Assembly (NCBI GenBank): GCA_045655005.1
Contig: JAZOOJ010000001.1
Span: 81,288-105,287, forward strand
Reading direction: 5' to 3'
Source of the DNA: Clostridia bacterium
GTDB lineage: Bacteria > Bacillota > Clostridia > Christensenellales > UBA1242
Length of the DNA stretch: 24,000 nt
The position numbers and the translations under genes are program-made. Of the stretch, positions 23,026 through 24,000 are shown in pieces. The notes beneath the pieces are model-generated. The model worked only from the letters and a program-made list of their open reading frames with translations. It had not been told where the DNA came from and searched no databases. The first letter of the stretch is position 1. Each line of letters opens with the position of its first letter.

Positions 23026-24000
23026 TTAAAATTCACAAGATTTTGGTGTTCTTGGGAAAGGAATAACATCTTTGATAGATTTCATTCCGGTTAAGAACAT
23101 TATTAGCCTATCAAAGCCCATACCAAATCCACTATGCATTACACTTCCGTACTCTCTAAGTTTTATATACCACCAGTAATCTTCTTCTTTAAGTCCTAGT
23201 TCTTTAATTCTAGATTTTAATATTTCCAAATCACACTCTCTTTCGCCTGCACCACAAAGTTCACCAATTCCAGAGACCAAAAGGTCGGTCGCACGACAAG
23301 TTTTGCCGTCTTGCCCAATTTTCATATAAAATGCTTTGAAATCTTTTGGGTAATCGTATACAAATACAGGCACGTAAAATACTTTGTCAACCAAATACTT
23401 TTCTTGTTCGGTATGCAAGTCTTCTCCCCATTCTACTCTATGCTCAAATTCTTTTTGATGTGGTTTTAAAAGTGCTATTGCTTCCGTGTATGAAATTTTC
23501 ACAAAAGGTTCTTTTAATGTCTTTCTTAATCTTTCAATTAAACCCGCATCAACATATTTTTCACAATAAACAAGTTCAGCGCTACATTTTTCTAAGATAT
23601 ATTTGATAATAAATTTAACCATTTTTTCCATTAACTCCATATCATCGTCCAGATCGAAAAATGCCATTTCAGGTTCTACGTGCCAAAACTCTGTTAGGTG
23701 TCTTGGCGTTCTGCTGTCTTCGGCTCTAAAAGTTGGTCCAAATGTATAAACCTTGCCAAGCCCCATAGCAAGAGCCTCTCCTTGCATTTGTGCCGATGGC
23801 GATAAAAATACTTTTCGACCCAACAATTCATCTTCTGGGCTTAGTTGTTTTTCTGAATAAATATCTTGCGAAGATACTTTGTATAATTCACAACCCCCCT
23901 CACAATCGCTGGTTGTCAAAATTGGAGCGTGAATATGCGTAAATCCTTCTTGTTCAAAAAATTTATGTATTGCCAATGTTGCTTCACTTCTTATCTTATA
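23026..24000 (-). CDS. asnS: Asparagine--tRNA ligase, C-terminal catalytic part (the N-terminus lies beyond the window)
   Basis: Class IIb motifs FRAEDSRTPRHLTEFWHVEPEMAF, GELCGAGERE, GFGMGFDRLIMFLTG and IKDVIPFPRTP. The reading frame stays open to position 24000, and the track's 'M' is an internal TTG. Confidence 0.9.
   Translation of the reverse strand, partial: YKIRSEATLAIHKFFEQEGFTHIHAPILTTSDCEGGCELYKVSSQDIYSEKQLSPEDELLGRKVFLSPSAQMQGEALAMGLGKVYTFGPTFRAEDSRTPRHLTEFWHVEPEMAFFDLDDDMELMEKMVKFIIKYILEKCSAELVYCEKYVDAGLIERLRKTLKEPFVKISYTEAIALLKPHQKEFEHRVEWGEDLHTEQEKYLVDKVFYVPVFVYDYPKDFKAFYMKIGQDGKTCRATDLLVSGIGELCGAGERECDLEILKSRIKELGLKEEDYWWYIKLREYGSVMHSGFGMGFDRLIMFLTGMKSIKDVIPFPRTPKSCEF

Overview
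Low-GC, Bacillota-like chromosomal window. All family calls come from reading motifs by eye; no searches were run. Left to right: a tRNA cluster (Asp partial, Phe, Thr, Tyr); two tandem paralogous genes of unknown function; a PC4/YdbC-like ssDNA-binding gene; an HExxH-containing unknown; a PadR-type regulator fused to a long acidic linker and a multi-pass membrane domain; a YgjP/DUF45-like metallohydrolase; a CNNM/CorC transporter; and lexA, divergently paired with a small His/Cys-rich gene, with Cheo-type SOS boxes in both promoters. Next comes an XerS-like tyrosine recombinase and about 0.6 kb of non-coding AT-rich DNA. The main finding is a compact element of about 7.0 kb (13192-20250) bounded by 34-bp direct repeats (33/34 identical). 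Its gene content and order match an integrated filamentous (inovirus-like) prophage. It has a Rep_trans-like rolling-circle initiator, a hairpin- and iteron-rich intergenic region, and a small protein in the ssDNA-binding position. It also has three to four tiny single-TM proteins (three are absent from the supplied ORF track), a coat-like gene followed by a strong terminator, and a Zot/pI-like P-loop ATPase. A signal-plus-anchor protein with Gly/Tyr-rich repeats sits in the pIII position, and a membrane-anchored DUF2726 nuclease-fold gene lies on the opposite strand. The element encodes no integrase and sits next to the XerS-like gene, which suggests Xer-dependent (IMEX-like) integration. The right end of the window holds a small membrane protein, a degenerate ATP-grasp-like protein, a Cys-rich DUF11-repeat protein and a truncated asnS.
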